Shown: positions 27,418 through 41,415, counted from the stretch's first letter. The stretch: DNA of 64,000 nt from Eledone cirrhosa (GCA_964016885.1 OZ024741.1:42346001-42410000); one strand, 5' to 3'. Program-made: numbers and translations. Notes: generated from the letters alone by a model not told the origin.

Positions 27418-28195
27418 ATGATAGTGTTAGTGATTCTGAGTTGATGATGTTACAACTAATGAGGATGGACACGATATTGGCGTGGATGAGGGGGAGGGGG
27501 GAGGTGATGGTGAGGTATGTGATAGAGTTTATTGTACTGTTGGTACGGATGATGATGATGGTGATGGTGATGATGATGATAATGATGATGATGATGTTAG
27601 TGGTGGTGATGATGATGCTGATGTTGATGATGATGATGATGGTGGTGGTGATGATGATGATGGTGATGGTGTTTGTGGTGGTGGTGGTGATGATGTTGGT
27701 GGTGCTGTTGGTACGGATGATGATGGTGGTGTGGTGGTGGTGGTGGTGGTTGTGGTGATTATGATGGTGGTGGTGGTGGTGATGGTGATGGTGGTTGTGG
27801 TGATTATGATGGTGGTGGTGGTGCTGATGGTGATGGTGGTTGTAGTGGTGGTGGTGTTGATGGTGGTGCTGTTGGTACGGATGATGAAGATGGTGGTAGT
27901 GGTGGTGGTGGTGGTGTGGTGGTGGTGGTGGCGGCGGTGATGATGATTAGAATGATAGCGGAGGTGGTGATGTTGTTGTTGGTGCCGGTGGTGCTGGTGG
28001 TGATGATGGTGGTGGTGCTGGTGGTGGTGGTGATGATGGTGGTTTTGGTGGGAAGAGTGATTGTGGCGCTGTTGGTACGGATAATGATGATGATATTGGT
28101 GATGATGAGGATGAGGATGATGATGATGGAGGTGTTGGTGGTGGTGATGGTCTTGTTGGTACGGATGATGATGATGATGGTGGAGGTATTGGCGA
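27325..28195. repeat. (GAT)n/(GGT)n low-complexity tract with recurring CTGTTGGTACGG
   Basis: Seen directly. Confidence 0.95.
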
Positions 28196-28490
28196 TGTCA
28201 TTACACAGAATGTAAGCTATTGCTTAGACATCCAATCAATGTGTGTGGTCAACTGTATAAGATTGACCTAGACAATTATTTTAGATTAAACAAAAACAAC
28301 AACAACAGCAACAAAAGCTTTTCCAAGTCATTATTAAATAGAAGAAAGATTTTTTTAAAAAACTTTATTTCGGAATCTGAAGTGGATCGGACAATCTTAT
28401 TTGCAGCTCGTAGAAACCCATCATATTTAATGAACAATAAGTTAGTATATACTGTGCAGCTTTTGTCCAATAAACATTGATAAATGATCT

Positions 28491-28658
28491 GGCGTGGTTG
28501 TGTGGTTAACAAGGTCACTTCGTAACTATGTGTTTTCGGGTTCATTCCCAGTGCGCGGCTTCTTGAGCGATTCTTTTCTTTTTCCGTACCATAGTCACGG
28601 GTTTTGACCAATGTCGTGTGAGTGACATTTATTACACAGAAACTGTGTGAGAATCCGT

Positions 28659-28660
<2 letters not shown>
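28491..28660 (+). mobile_element. Degenerate tRNA-derived SINE of a second family (related minus copies ~35045-35205 and ~35550-35670)
   Basis: ggcgtggttgtgtggttaac...cgggttcattcccagtgc head followed by a tgtgagtga..cagaaactg tail. Confidence 0.55.
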
Positions 28661-28717
<57 letters not shown>

Positions 28718-29008
28718 GTCTGTCTGTCTCTTTCTCTCTCTTTTCCCCCCTCTGCCATCTGACTGTCTGACTGTTTGTGTGTCAATCTATCTACCTATAT
28801 GTGTATATATGTACATATATACTCATTTACTCTTTTACCTGTTTCAGCCATCTGGCTGAGGCCATGCTGGGGCACCACCCTTATATATATAGTAATAATA
28901 ATAAATGTGTAGACTAAAATCCAAAGAGGGCTCGATAAGGATAAATATATATAAAATATCCCGTTAAGGGTAAAAGCAGTGATTTTTTGCTGAAACTTTA
29001 ATCTGTTA

Positions 29009-29055
<47 letters not shown>

Positions 29056-30254
29056 CTTAACAGCGTTATGCGCCTGGAGTAATGTAATGTGTTTCCACCT
29101 TTTACCATTTCCTTTTACCCTTACGATGGGAAGAGGAATGGCTATTATCTTTTCTATGTTATCCGAGACTGGTTGAGAGGGAAATAAAAAGACCTCCTCA
29201 AGCGGCAGACATAGCCCATATACTTGCAACGCAGTGGTCTCCATTAAACTTAACCAAAGGCTCGCTTGAGGTGTTACACCGAGAGACGGATCAAATCTAT
29301 CCTATCTTTCCCCAGTATATCACAAAATGTCGGCTCACGCATTTTTGGCGGCTGAACACCTTGTGCGCAAAGAATGAGCAAACCTGCCATTCAGAAACAG
29401 CGTTCAAAAGAACGTCTTTTCTTTAACTTCAGATTCTGTAATGAGTCGATTTGTCTCCACTCTCTACATTTGCTGTCAATACAAATCATGACGACCCATT
29501 TTACAAATCCAACTATCCCCACTCTCTCTGGTGAAATGCCGTTAAAACGTTAAAAAATCACCTCTCTCTCCTTTATTAACAATTTTATCATTTCTAAATT
29601 TTATATTGATCTGAACGTTGTATTCTAAACTGCTTACAGAATCAATTTTCTGGAAATATCTTCCGTTATAATAACTATTTCTATGAATACAACTGAACCA
29701 ATATTCTCTTATTCTATCTGAAGTAGCTGAAATTTAGCGTAACACTATACAGAAATGACCATACACATTGGACCACATACATAAGATGATATACATAAAA
29801 CCACATACATAAGATCACATATATATGACTACGTACATAAAACCACATGTATAAGACCACATGTATAAGATCACATACATAAAACTACATACATACGACC
29901 ATACACACATGACCACATATATAAGACGATATATATGAAACCAAATACATAACATATAAAATCACATACATAAGAATACACACAAGACCACGCACATAAG
30001 ACTACATACATATGACCATATATATAACATTATATACATTATACCACACATAATATTACATACATAATACCACACATTTTCAATTTGGTTGCTATATGTG
30101 GTCCTGATTACAATAAACTTCATTAGTCAAGACATTCTGCTGTTGGCACCACTCAATAGAAATTTCTTTGCTGTAAATCTTGACCAGAAATGGATGAGTT
30201 ATATGTCGAATAAAGTATCAGTCAACTAAAACAAACTGCATGTCTTAGATGAGA

Positions 30255-31285
30255 GCAGTGGATTGGCAGTATCGGTAGAGGGTCGGATGCCATGCTTTGC
30301 AGCAAAGAGTTACTGCCCTTTATGGTCTGAGTTCAAATCCCGCCGAGGTTAACTTTGCCTTTCATCCTTAAGGGGTCGATAAAATAAAGTACCAGTAATA
30401 CACTAGGATAATTGCTGGCCTTGTGCCAAACGTAGAAACAAATAATTAGTCTTAGATGAGGATGGTGGATTTGCAGAGTCTTCAAAGTGCCTTGCAGTAT
30501 TTGTCCAGTTCTTTACGTACTGCACTCAAATCCCGTCCAAGCCAACTTGGCCTTTTATTCTTCCGACAGATGAAATAATTGTTTCTACTTTTGGCACAAT
30601 GCCAGCAATTACACAGTACATTACTGGTACTTTATTTTATCGACCCCGTAAGGATGAAAGGCAAAGTGAACCTCGGCGGGATTTGAACTCAGACCGTAAA
30701 GGGACGTAACTATGCTGGAAAGCATGGCATCCGACTCTCTACCGATACTGCCAATCCACATGATCCGACAGATGAAATAATGTACCAGTAAAATACCGGG
30801 GTTGCTATAATTGACATTTCCTTCTCAAATTGTTGGCATGGTGCCCAAATTAGAAACTAAGGACGGTAGATTAGCAGTATCAGTAGAGCGCTGGACAAAA
30901 TGATTTGAAGTATTTAATAACGACTTTCAACCTTCTAAGTTCAAATCTCGTCTGTGTTAACTTTTCTTTTATCCTTCTTTGGTCTATAAAATAAATTACC
31001 TGTCACGAACTTGTGCCTTTATAATCAACCTTCCGCTTTCCACAATTTACTGGCCTTATGCATAAATTAGACATTATTAATTAGTCTTAGATAAACTTCA
31101 TATATTAGCATATTTGAATTAACAACACAACTTTAAAAAATAAGTTCTATAAGATGTTGATTTCTGATTTTTAGGGTCAAGGACAACAATTTAGGAAGAG
31201 AGAAAAGGTTGATTATATCGACTCCAGTTCTGGCATGATAACTTATATTATCAATCCAGAAGAATGAAAGGCAAAATTGACCCCT
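30255..31285. mobile_element. Cluster of Meta-core-type tRNA SINE copies in both orientations (30255-30445 +, 30577-30760 -, plus degenerate copies)
   Basis: Same head and core as 10901-11425. Confidence 0.85.
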
Positions 31286-31661
31286 CTGCTGGAAATCTAT
31301 ATAGGCGAAAACATATAGTTTTGACACCTATGTACATCGGCTGATTAGCCTCATTTGCATATAGATGTATCGGCTGGCTTGGCCAGAAAATAGAATTAAG
31401 GTGTACGCTCAAACATAGCTGTATACATATAAGTATGAGGATGTTGTACATCTAGCGATATACGATATATCAAGCGAAAATTCACATATTACTAGATATA
31501 CAAAATACTCATACTTATATGTATACAGCTATGCTAGAGTGGACACCTTAATTTTATTTTGCAGCCGAACCAGCCGATAGCTCTGTATACAAATGAGGCT
31601 AATCAGCCCACGTAAATAGGTGTCAAAACTATGTGTTTGCCTATATAGAGTTCCAGCAGAG
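31284..31661. mobile_element. ~170-bp imperfect inverted repeat, followed by a hammerhead-like motif at 31678-31726
   Basis: 31284-31454 vs 31492-31661. Motif ACTGTC-TTGATAA-...-GAAA-tgatgttcgtcg-TC-GACAGT has a weak stem II. Confidence 0.65.
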
Positions 31662-31959
31662 TGAAGGGTAAGGGAACACTGTCTTGATAACGCCCAGAGT
31701 CAGAAATGATGTTCGTCGTCGACAGTTATTCGCCCTCGCTTCTGCTGGAGCTCGCTAAATGGCGCTATATCATCAGTTTCCAAATGCATAGCTTTTAAAA
31801 TGTGTATTCATAAACACACCGTATATCGTTAGATATAGAAAATACTCACACTTAAATTTATTAATTATGAAAGACGTGTACTTCTTCTAGAATGAAATTG
31901 CTTTTGCTTTTAGTGAAGGTCAAGAGGGTGAGAGAGAGGGAAAGAGAGAGAGAGAGGGA

Positions 31960-32005
<46 letters not shown>

Positions 32006-32267
32006 ATGTGTTTATGTTATGGAGTCAGTCATATTCTGTTTTGGTATTCACTACAATTCTGAATATGTCGTCAGCATATGTTTGTAGTTCCAAGTAGTGG
32101 ACTACACTACGTTTCAAAAGTGCATGTCACTATTAAAACACTTTAGGCATCTTGTTGCTTTACCATTTTGATTCTTAACATTTTAGTGGTGTTGTTTAGG
32201 ATTTGCTGTAGAGCTTGGTGAATAAGATTAGGGTTTAGGGTTAAAGGCTTTCAGTTGGGTTATACTA

Positions 32268-32459
32268 TAATTGTTTCTACGTTTGGCACAAGGCCAGCAA
32301 TTATCCCAGTGTATTACTGGTACTTTATTTTATCGACCCCGTAAGGATGAAAGGCAAAGTTAACCGCGACGGTATTTGAACTCAGACCATAAAGGGCCGT
32401 AACTCTTTGCTGCAAAGCATGGCGTCCGACCCTCTACCGATACTGCCAATCCACCGCCC
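32268..32459 (-). mobile_element. tRNA-derived SINE (Meta-core type)
   Basis: Full head GGCGGTGGATTGGCAGTATCGGTAGAG plus core on minus strand. Confidence 0.88.
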
Positions 32460-32812
32460 TATACTATAATACTACATACATAGTACCACATACATAATTC
32501 CATATACATAATAACACATAGATAATACCACATACATACATAATAACACATACATTGTGTCACATACATAATAACACAAACATAATACCACATACATAAT
32601 AACACATACATAATACCACATACATACATAATAACAGATACACACATAATACCAAATAGATACATAATACCACAGATATACATACATACTACATACCACA
32701 TACATACATAATAACACACATATACATACATACAACAAATATACAACATACATAATAGCAGATACATATACCACATGCATACTAACACATACATACATAC
32801 CACATACATACA
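32460..32812. repeat. ATAATACCACATAC(ATAC)-type degenerate minisatellite (similar array at 29755-30075)
   Basis: Seen directly. Confidence 0.85.
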
Positions 32813-32834
32813 CGGTTGGGTTATAGTTTGATTT

Positions 32835-33262
32835 GAGATTATAAAGCATGGCCTGGATGCCACAGGCTTCCTTCCCAGTTGAAGCCAGCAGGGCTGGACC
32901 GAAGGGACGGCCAAAGGCCAGATGGCAATCTTCCCGTTTTTCGAAGTTAGGCCCCTCATCAGGAATGCCACAGTGAATGCTACTCTAGTGACAACCTGGT
33001 ATATTCGGCTATCAGCCCAAGCTCTGATGCCCACCAAGCCGAAAAGGGCAAATTGTCAAAGTATTGGCCGCTCTTGGATTGGTTTGTGGCAGAACCTGTG
33101 GAAACATCTGACGTTCTTGGCCGCCGGATCACATCCCTACTCACTGCTATCGAGGCAGCGTTGGCCACCCGCAGGTGCGAACCCAACGACGTGGAGTGGC
33201 TGTTTCAGCACGCCTCCCTCACCGTTCTCCGAGGCAATTATTCATTATCCATCTTGTCGGCC
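32835..33262 (+). pseudogene. Fragment of a CRE-clade-like non-LTR retrotransposon, C-terminal restriction-like endonuclease (RLE)
   Basis: Frameshifted reading: EIIKHGLDATGF / SQLKPAGLDRRDGQRPDG ... AEKGKLSKY ... PVETSDVLG ... VEWLFQHASLTVLRGN. This fits the RPDG...K-x-x-K-Y...VET-x-G...RGN signature. Confidence 0.75.
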
Positions 33263-33589
33263 GTGACTCAGAGGCGGAGGGCAAGTTAGTTCGTTGTGGA
33301 AGATATTCGTTCGGACGTCACGTCTACAACTAAAGTATATTTACATTTGTACAACTGTGAATGTATGAAAATAACCCAGCATTTTGTCTATCAACCCTCT
33401 CACTTTTAAATAAGGCACAGTGTCATGCATTTTAAAAGGAAAAAAGACGCCCAAACCTGACTGGAATTATTTTATTTACGTAGGAAAAAATAAATGATAA
33501 AGTCGTGGCTGGAAGGATTTGAACATATTTAATCTGACAATTTATTGTTTATCCACATGCCCACGTCATCATAAAAATATTAATAAAGG

Positions 33590-35470
33590 TTGATAACTTA
33601 GGTGTAAGGTAAGAAACTTGGCGAGTGGAGTGGGGAAAGTGGACTATATCGACCCTAGTACTGCACCGGTACTATTTTTTATTGACCTTTGAATGAATGG
33701 CTGGCAAAGTTGGCTTCGGTAAGATTTGAAATCAGAACTTGAATGACTAGCTAAATATCACAAGGCCAACACTCTTTTCACCGTTAAAATAGATATAATA
33801 ATAATGGTTTCTTATATAGGCACAAGGCCAGCAATTTTGGGGGAGGGGAAAGTCGATTAAATCGACCCCAGTGCGTGGCTGGTGCTTTATTTTATCGACC
33901 CGGTAAGGATGAAAAGCAAAGTTAACCTCGGCGGGATTTGAGCTCAAACCGTAAAGGACCGTATATAGATATAATAATTGTTCGTACATCTTGGCACAAG
34001 GCCAGCAATTATCCAGTGTATTACTGGTACTTTATTTTATCGACTCCATAAGGATGAAAGGCAAAGTTAACCTCGGCGGGATTTGAACGCAGCATATAAA
34101 GGGTCTTACCTCTATGCTGCAAAGCATGTTGTCCAATGCCTAACTGATATTGCCAATCTACCGCTCTCAATAGATAATTATAATGCCAACTGAGAAACGG
34201 TGCTGATTTTCTTATTTTCGATATCCAAAGTGTATAAGACAAACGAATTTCTATTATGGCAACATTAGGATCGTAATTAAAAGTTTTCCTTGATAGAAAA
34301 ACTTATAGTTATGTACCTGGGAAATCCAGCAAACATTCATTTCACACAAGCTTACATCTGATTGTATGCTATGCCAGATGAATCAAATAATAAGATATAT
34401 AATAATTATAGACGTTCAGATAATTAGTAGCTTTTGAGAAAAGTCACTTAACCTAATCGATTGCTAGCTAACAGGAAATATAACAAACCTCTATCAGTTT
34501 TCATGATGTGAGCTACAATCTTTAAACTCTTATTTGAGTTTAACTTTTCCAATGGAGCTTTGAAGTTGAATTTAAAATAGTGTGACTAGAGGACTTTAGG
34601 AAGAATAATAATATCTCTAATATTGGTTTCTGATTTAGGTACAAGGCCAACTATTTTGAGGAAGGGGAGGATCGACTAAATCGACCCAGTGCATTACTCG
34701 TACTTTATTTTATCGACCTCGTAAGTATGAACGGCAAAGCTAACCTCGGCAGGATTTCAACTCAGATCGTAAAGGGGCGTAACAATATGCCATAAAGCAT
34801 GTTGTCCGACGCTCTACCGATACTGCCAATCTATCTCTAATATTGAACTGGATTAAACCTATGTAGGTTTTCGTGGTGAGTGTTCCAGTTCTTCGTTCAA
34901 AGAAAAAGTCTGCGCGCAACATTATCGTGCATGAGGCTGAACAAACCAAAGATACATGTACTCTAACATAATTCTCAGGGAGATTCAATATAATATATGT
35001 GACAAGACTGGCTGGCCTTTTGAATTACAGGTACAGTCCACCCAACTGCGTTTCAAACAGTTTCTGTCTACCTACCTAATTTTACTCACAAGGCTTGGGT
35101 CAACCCCAGGCTATATGGTAAATGATACATACCCAAGTAAGTATCATGATAAGATTTAACACGGCAACTTATGTTTGGGAAGCGAATTTCTTAATCATTC
35201 GGTTATACTGAGCCCACATTAAATATTATACTAATACTAAAGGGCGGTGGATTGGCAGCAAGGGCGGTGGATTGGCAGTAGGGCGGTGGAATGGCAGCAT
35301 CGGTAGAGGGTCAGACGCCATGCTTTGCAGCATAGAGTTATGGCCCTTTCCATTCTGAGTTCAAGTCCCGCCGAGGTTATCTTTGCCTTTCATCCTTACG
35401 GGGTCGATAGAATAAAGTACCAGTTACGTACTGGGTAATTGCTGGCCTTGTGCGAAAAGTAGAAACAATT
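33590..35470. mobile_element. Several Meta-core SINE copies (33800-33960 -, 33975-34165 -, 34620-34835 -, 35240-35470 + with triplicated 5' end)
   Basis: Same consensus as other copies. Confidence 0.85.
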
Positions 35471-36044
35471 AAATATTATACTAATAGTAGTGACTATTAT
35501 ACGAACCTTAATCTTCATTTTTTAATTAAATGTTAGGACTCTTAAATGCCCTGGGGTTACGGTAATTGCACAGTGTCAACAGTGTTATTACTTTCCCAAG
35601 ATGTCTTATAATGGGATCGAAACCTGAGCTTTCTGGTGGCGAAGCGATCTTCTTTATTCAACCACGCTGTGTCTGGAATCAGATATATAATAATTATAGA
35701 TCTTCAGCTAATTATTAGGTTCGTACATTTTCCAAACGTCACTCAGTGCCATCGATTACGACATTAGCTGATAGATCGATTCTATGAATGGGATTTCAGA
35801 ATTCTTGGAAGTACGTATCAACTAGTCAAAAGTCGAAAACGAAATTAGAAATTAAATGGCAAACATAACATGAATCGTAAGCCAGAAGGTACAACGGCAA
35901 CGTAGTATTGTTTGTGATGTTTTTGCTATTATTGTTATTATTATATATGTACATAAACACATACACAAGTATATATACACACGTGCGTATAAACACACAT
36001 GCAAGTATATATATATATATTGAGTTTCAAAAACACACATACAA

Positions 36045-36098
<54 letters not shown>

Positions 36099-36300
36099 AG
36101 TTTCTAACTCAATACATGTTTTTGATATATTCAGCTCCGTTAATTCATAGAGCTATTTCAAATATTGTGTATACCAGGTTGCTATTTTTAGTGGCGTAAG
36201 TATGCGCGACACGCTAAGTTCAGGAACTATGTGCGTTATATATATATACACACATTTTCCAGTTTTCTATTTGACTTAGAAGTAAGGAGGATACTAATTT

Positions 36301-36387
36301 CATCACCCACTGATGAGCCTGGAATTTGGTATATCTTTTCACAAATAATATTGTGAAATGGTTCTATCAAAGACGGTCTGGGTGATG
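36301..36387 (+). ncRNA. Degenerate hammerhead motif
   Basis: CATCACCCA-CTGATGA...GGTC-TGGGTGATG (9-bp stem I); the GAAA/stem III side is damaged. Confidence 0.5.
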
Positions 36388-36642
36388 GTAGTTACCACAA
36401 TACTGGCTTGTATTTATTTTTTTTAATTTATTCTTAAATTGAGCCTAGCAAACCCTATTGTCTGTAGTTAGTATTTTTTTCACCTTAGCGATTTTGGTCC
36501 ATTACGATTTGAACATGTATATATATATGTCTGTGTTCGTTTATCCTTTTTGTTCAGTTATATACGGCTCGGAAAAATCTTTTTCCTAGAGCTAATGTAC
36601 TGTAAGGAGACTATTTTGAGTTTCTAACTCAATACATGCTTT

Positions 36643-36693
<51 letters not shown>

Positions 36694-36698
<5 letters not shown>

Positions 36699-37400
36699 GT
36701 AAGTATGTATGTATACGTACATACATATATGTATACGGACGTACAGTAGCATGCATATATATATATATATATACATATATACATACAGGTACACATATAT
36801 ATATGTACGTATCATTTTAGAGGACGTTTATTATAACGCCCGCTTTGTCCGTTTGTAAACAAACGGACAGCCTTATTTATGCCGTACGGTGTTAAGGCAA
36901 CCACGTCACGTTTTTGTTCAACACTGACACAGGAACGATGTACTAGTTTCAAGCTGCTTAGCTATCATCAGCACCGTATATCCTTCTGCCAGATGGTTGA
37001 ACGTGCGAAAGTATATACTTTCCTTATGAAAATTAACGGCTGAGCAGCCTAATTTGCATATCGAGTGAGTTCAGTCGACCAGGCGCACCGAAAACGATAA
37101 GTTGTAATAGAATGAAACGAAATTTCATTTCTCACACTTAGTACGGCACTTACTTAAATGTAAGTATGTATGTATACATACATACATATATGTATACAGA
37201 CGTACAGTAGCATGTATATATATATACATATATACATACAGGTACACACATATATATATATGTACGTATCAGTTTAGCGGACGTTTATTATAACGCCCGC
37301 TTTGTCCGTTTGTAAACAAACGAACAGCCTGATTTATGCCGTACGGGCGTTATAATAAACGTCCGCTAAACTGATACGTACATTTATATATGTGTACCTG

Positions 37401-37482
<82 letters not shown>

Positions 37483-37921
37483 TGCTACTGTACGTCTGTA
37501 TACATATATGTATGTACGTATAGATACATACTTACATTTAAGTAAGTGCCGTACTTAGAATGAGAAATGAAATTTCGTTTCATTCTATTACAACTTATCG
37601 TTTTTGGTGCGCCTGGCCGACTGAACTCACTCGATATGCAAATTAGGCTGCTCAGCCGTTAATTTTCATAAGGAAAGTATATACTTTCGAACCTTCAACC
37701 ATCTGGCAGAAGGGTATACGGTGCTGATGATAGCTAAGAAGCTTGAAAATAGTACATCGTTCCTGTGTCAGTGTTGAACAAAAAGGTGACGTGGTTGCCT
37801 TAACACCGTACGGCATAAATCAGGCTGTCTGTTTGTTTACAAACGGACAAAGCGGGCGTTATAATAAACGTCCGCTAAACTGATACGTACATATATATAT
37901 GTGTACCTGTATGTATATATG

Positions 37922-37985
<64 letters not shown>

Positions 37986-38538
37986 TGCTACTGTACGTCT
38001 GTATACATATATGTATGTACGTATACATACATACTTACATTTAAGTAAGTGCCGCACTTAGAATGAGAAATGAAATTTCGTTTCATTCTATTACAACTTA
38101 TCGTTTTCGGTGAGCCTGGCCGACTGAACTCACTCGATATGCAAATTAGGCTGCTCAGCCGTTAATTTTCATAAGGAAAGTATATACTTTCGAACGTTCA
38201 ACCATCTGGCAGAAGGGTATACGGTGCTGATGATAGCTAAGAAGCTTGAAACTAGTACATCGTTCCTGTGTCAGTGTTAAACAAAAAAGGTGACGTGGTT
38301 GCCTTAACACTGTACGGCATAAATTCAGACAAAGCGGGTGTTATAATAAACGTCCGCTAAACTGATACGTACATATATATATATGTGTACCTGTATGTAT
38401 ATATGTATATATATATATATATATGCATGCTACTGTACGTCTGTATACATATATGTATGTACGTATACATACATACTTACATTTAAGTAAGTGCCGTACT
38501 AAGAGTGAGAAATGAAATTTTCTTTCATTCTATTACAA

Positions 38539-38540
<2 letters not shown>
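36694..38540. mobile_element. Tandem/inverted array of a ~500-bp non-coding hammerhead-bearing unit (retrozyme-like or non-autonomous PLE)
   Basis: Minus-oriented units 36694-37345, inversion at ~37346, plus-oriented units to 38540. Hammerheads at 36935-36977(-), 37718-37760(+, stem III mutated) and 38221-38263(+); period 503. Confidence 0.85.
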
Positions 38541-38627
<87 letters not shown>

Positions 38628-38710
38628 CAAAGGAAATGTGGTAAGGAACCAGATGGACCATAACGCACCAGAGTACTCAATACTTAGAGTAGTAGAGTGG
38701 GAAATAGGAA

Positions 38711-38814
38711 AAAAGTATGACCCCGACGGCAGAGCTCAAGCCGTTTCGACGGCTATTTCTGGACGGAAATAGCCGTCGAAACGGCTTGAGCTCTGCCGTC
38801 GGGGTCATACTTTT
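38711..38814. repeat. Perfect 49-bp-arm hairpin; one arm recurs at 42443-42490
   Basis: aaaagtatgaccccgacggcagagctcaagccgtttcgacggctatttc-tggacg-reverse complement. Confidence 0.92.
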
Positions 38815-38816
38815 CG

Positions 38817-38880
<64 letters not shown>

Positions 38881-39412
38881 TGAGAGGTACATATACACAA
38901 ACATCCGAGGTTAACTTTGCCTGTCATCTTTACGGGGTCGATGAAATAAAGTACCAGTTACGCACTGGGGTCGATTTAATCGACTTTCCCCTCCTCTAAA
39001 ACAAAAACCATTGTTTTTGTTGTTGTTGTTGTTGTTGTTGTTGTTTTTATCGGTGTTATTGATGTTGGGCAACTGCTTTTAAGATTTTAGTTGGTGTGTT
39101 AGGCGGAAGAGGCACCGACTAATTACTTCACTGACCCTACATGACTGGTAAAGTTGATACCGTTGATCTTCTGTCGCAGATCGACACATGTAGGAGAGAC
39201 ATAAGCGGGGAGGGAACCGAAGAGCTCTGACCTTCTGAATAGGAAAGACTTGGCATAGTTGTTAGTGCTTTGGTTTGTGGGATTGGACTGAGCATAGGTG
39301 ATAAGACAAGTTGGGAGTGTCTGAGTCGAGGTGGCTGGAGACCAGCCAGCTTTGATGAGTAAAGACCCATGTAGAAACGGTATATAAGCAAAGAGAGAGA
39401 GAGAGAGAGAGA

Positions 39413-39450
<38 letters not shown>

Positions 39451-41023
39451 GAGAGAGAGAGAGAGAGTGTGTGTGTGGCAGGAAATGATGTGACAGCATG
39501 TCTGCAAGCCAGACGCTGGAGTGTGCCTGTGAGTAACTTTATACCAATTAATCGACTTGCTTTATGAATGAATGAATCAATAAATAACACCTTGAATAGG
39601 TCTGGACGTTGGAGTTGAAACGTCTAGGTATCGATCCATGGTCTCACTAGACTCAAGGAAAACTTCTAGGAAAAGTTATTTTGCGAAATAAATGTTCTGA
39701 AAAGAGGTAGATTTAGCCAGTATCTATTTTATGCTATAGCTAAGATTTTATCTATTGTATCTATTTTATGCTATACAGCTAATATCACAACATATGAACA
39801 CAGTGACATTGGTTAAAAGATTTTATATTCCTCGACATTAGTATTAAGTATAATTAGCATCGAATTATCAGATTTGTTAGGGCGTCGGTTAAAATATTTT
39901 ATAGAAAATAAGATTATGAATTTACAAAAGACTAATAAAATGTTTTAACTCTTAACACGGTGTTAAGATGCAGCTTAAAATATCTAAACACACGTTTGTT
40001 AATTCAAATGTTTATAGTATCTTTACTAGTGGACAGATTGTAAAATAAAGACTATTTTTCAATGTAATAGTCATTGTAAGTTGTAGAACAGAGTAATAGT
40101 ATATTGATAAGTGTTGCAATATTTTGAACTGTAGCTGTAATAGATTGATGTTCTACCCGAAAAGGTACAGTGTACTTGCTTTTTACGCGAAGATAGGTTC
40201 GTGAACGTAGGGGGTAAAAGAAATTCGTGTAATTCAAGTCTAATTTTCTGAAAAATAAAAAAAAATAAAAACCACAAGCGTTATAGCGCGTTATTCGCAC
40301 AAACTGAATATTAAATAATTGTTTCTACTTTTGGCACAAGGCCAGCAATTATGCTCTGAGTTCAAATCTCACTGACGCAACTTTGCTTTTCATCCTTAAA
40401 TAATGAAGTATTAGTCACGCATTGAGGTCGATTTCTCCAATATACCTTTCTATTTCTCTTTGTATCAGCTATATAAAGTGGACCAGTACAAAAGCGTTCA
40501 CACCACGGCTCCAACAATTCTTTCACCCCGGGATACATTGGTCACCAAAGACAGTATTAAGTACAGTAGATTTAAAAAAAAAAACGAGGAATTATTATGT
40601 ATGATTTATTTTCTGTTCGTTCTGAAAGAGATAGAGAATATAATGAAAATTATGTGTCAAAGTATTTCTTAGTACCATTATAAACATAGTTCAGTTTTAT
40701 GATTGTCATGATTTATGCGTTGATAACAATGTGTCTTCTACTTATCCATTTAATACCTAGTAACGACACGTACTCACATGATAAAATATCATTATTGCTT
40801 TCTGTTAAATATTTTACAAGAATAACTTTTGTGAAGAAGAGAATATTATTGATGGAATCAATAATACTGAATTATAAACATTTATATTACCGACACCAAA
40901 GGAGAGCGAAGGCAAGTAGTATACAGAATAAAGCCAACTGAGATGGAATGGAATCGACTTGAGGGGTTTTCTAACGATATCATAGTCGCATGCAACAGAA
41001 GTCCTGTAAAGTTTGTCTAGCTT

Positions 41024-41118
<95 letters not shown>

Positions 41119-41129
41119 TATTTATATAT

Positions 41130-41186
<57 letters not shown>

Positions 41187-41197
41187 CATACATATAT

Positions 41198-41300
41198 ACG
41201 CTGAAAACACCGGTTCTCGTCCGATCACCGAAGTTAAGCAACGTAGAGCCTAGTTAGTACTTGGATGGGTGACCGCTTGGGAACCCTGGGTGCCGTAAGC
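41198..41300 (+). pseudogene. 5S rRNA-derived sequence, 5'-truncated/diverged
   Basis: ACGCTGAAAACACCGGTTCTCGTCCGATCACCGAAGTTAAGCAACG...GTTAGTACTTGGATGGGTGACCGCTTGGGAA...GGGTGCCGTAAGC is invertebrate 5S with internal control region. Confidence 0.9.
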
Positions 41301-41415
41301 GTTTATCTTTTCAAGGGCGGTGCCCCAGCATGGCCTCAGCCGGATGGCTGAAACAGGTAAAAGAGTAATATATATATATATATATATATACATGAATATA
41401 TACATACATATATTC

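Noticed and set aside
27225-28215. Met/Val/Asp/Gly-rich ORFs
   Set aside because: Translations of (GAT)/(GGT) low-complexity sequence
41198-41300. Functional 5S rRNA gene
   Set aside because: The 5' ~15 nt are missing or degraded into TA repeat, it is a single copy, and it is fused to a repeat tail
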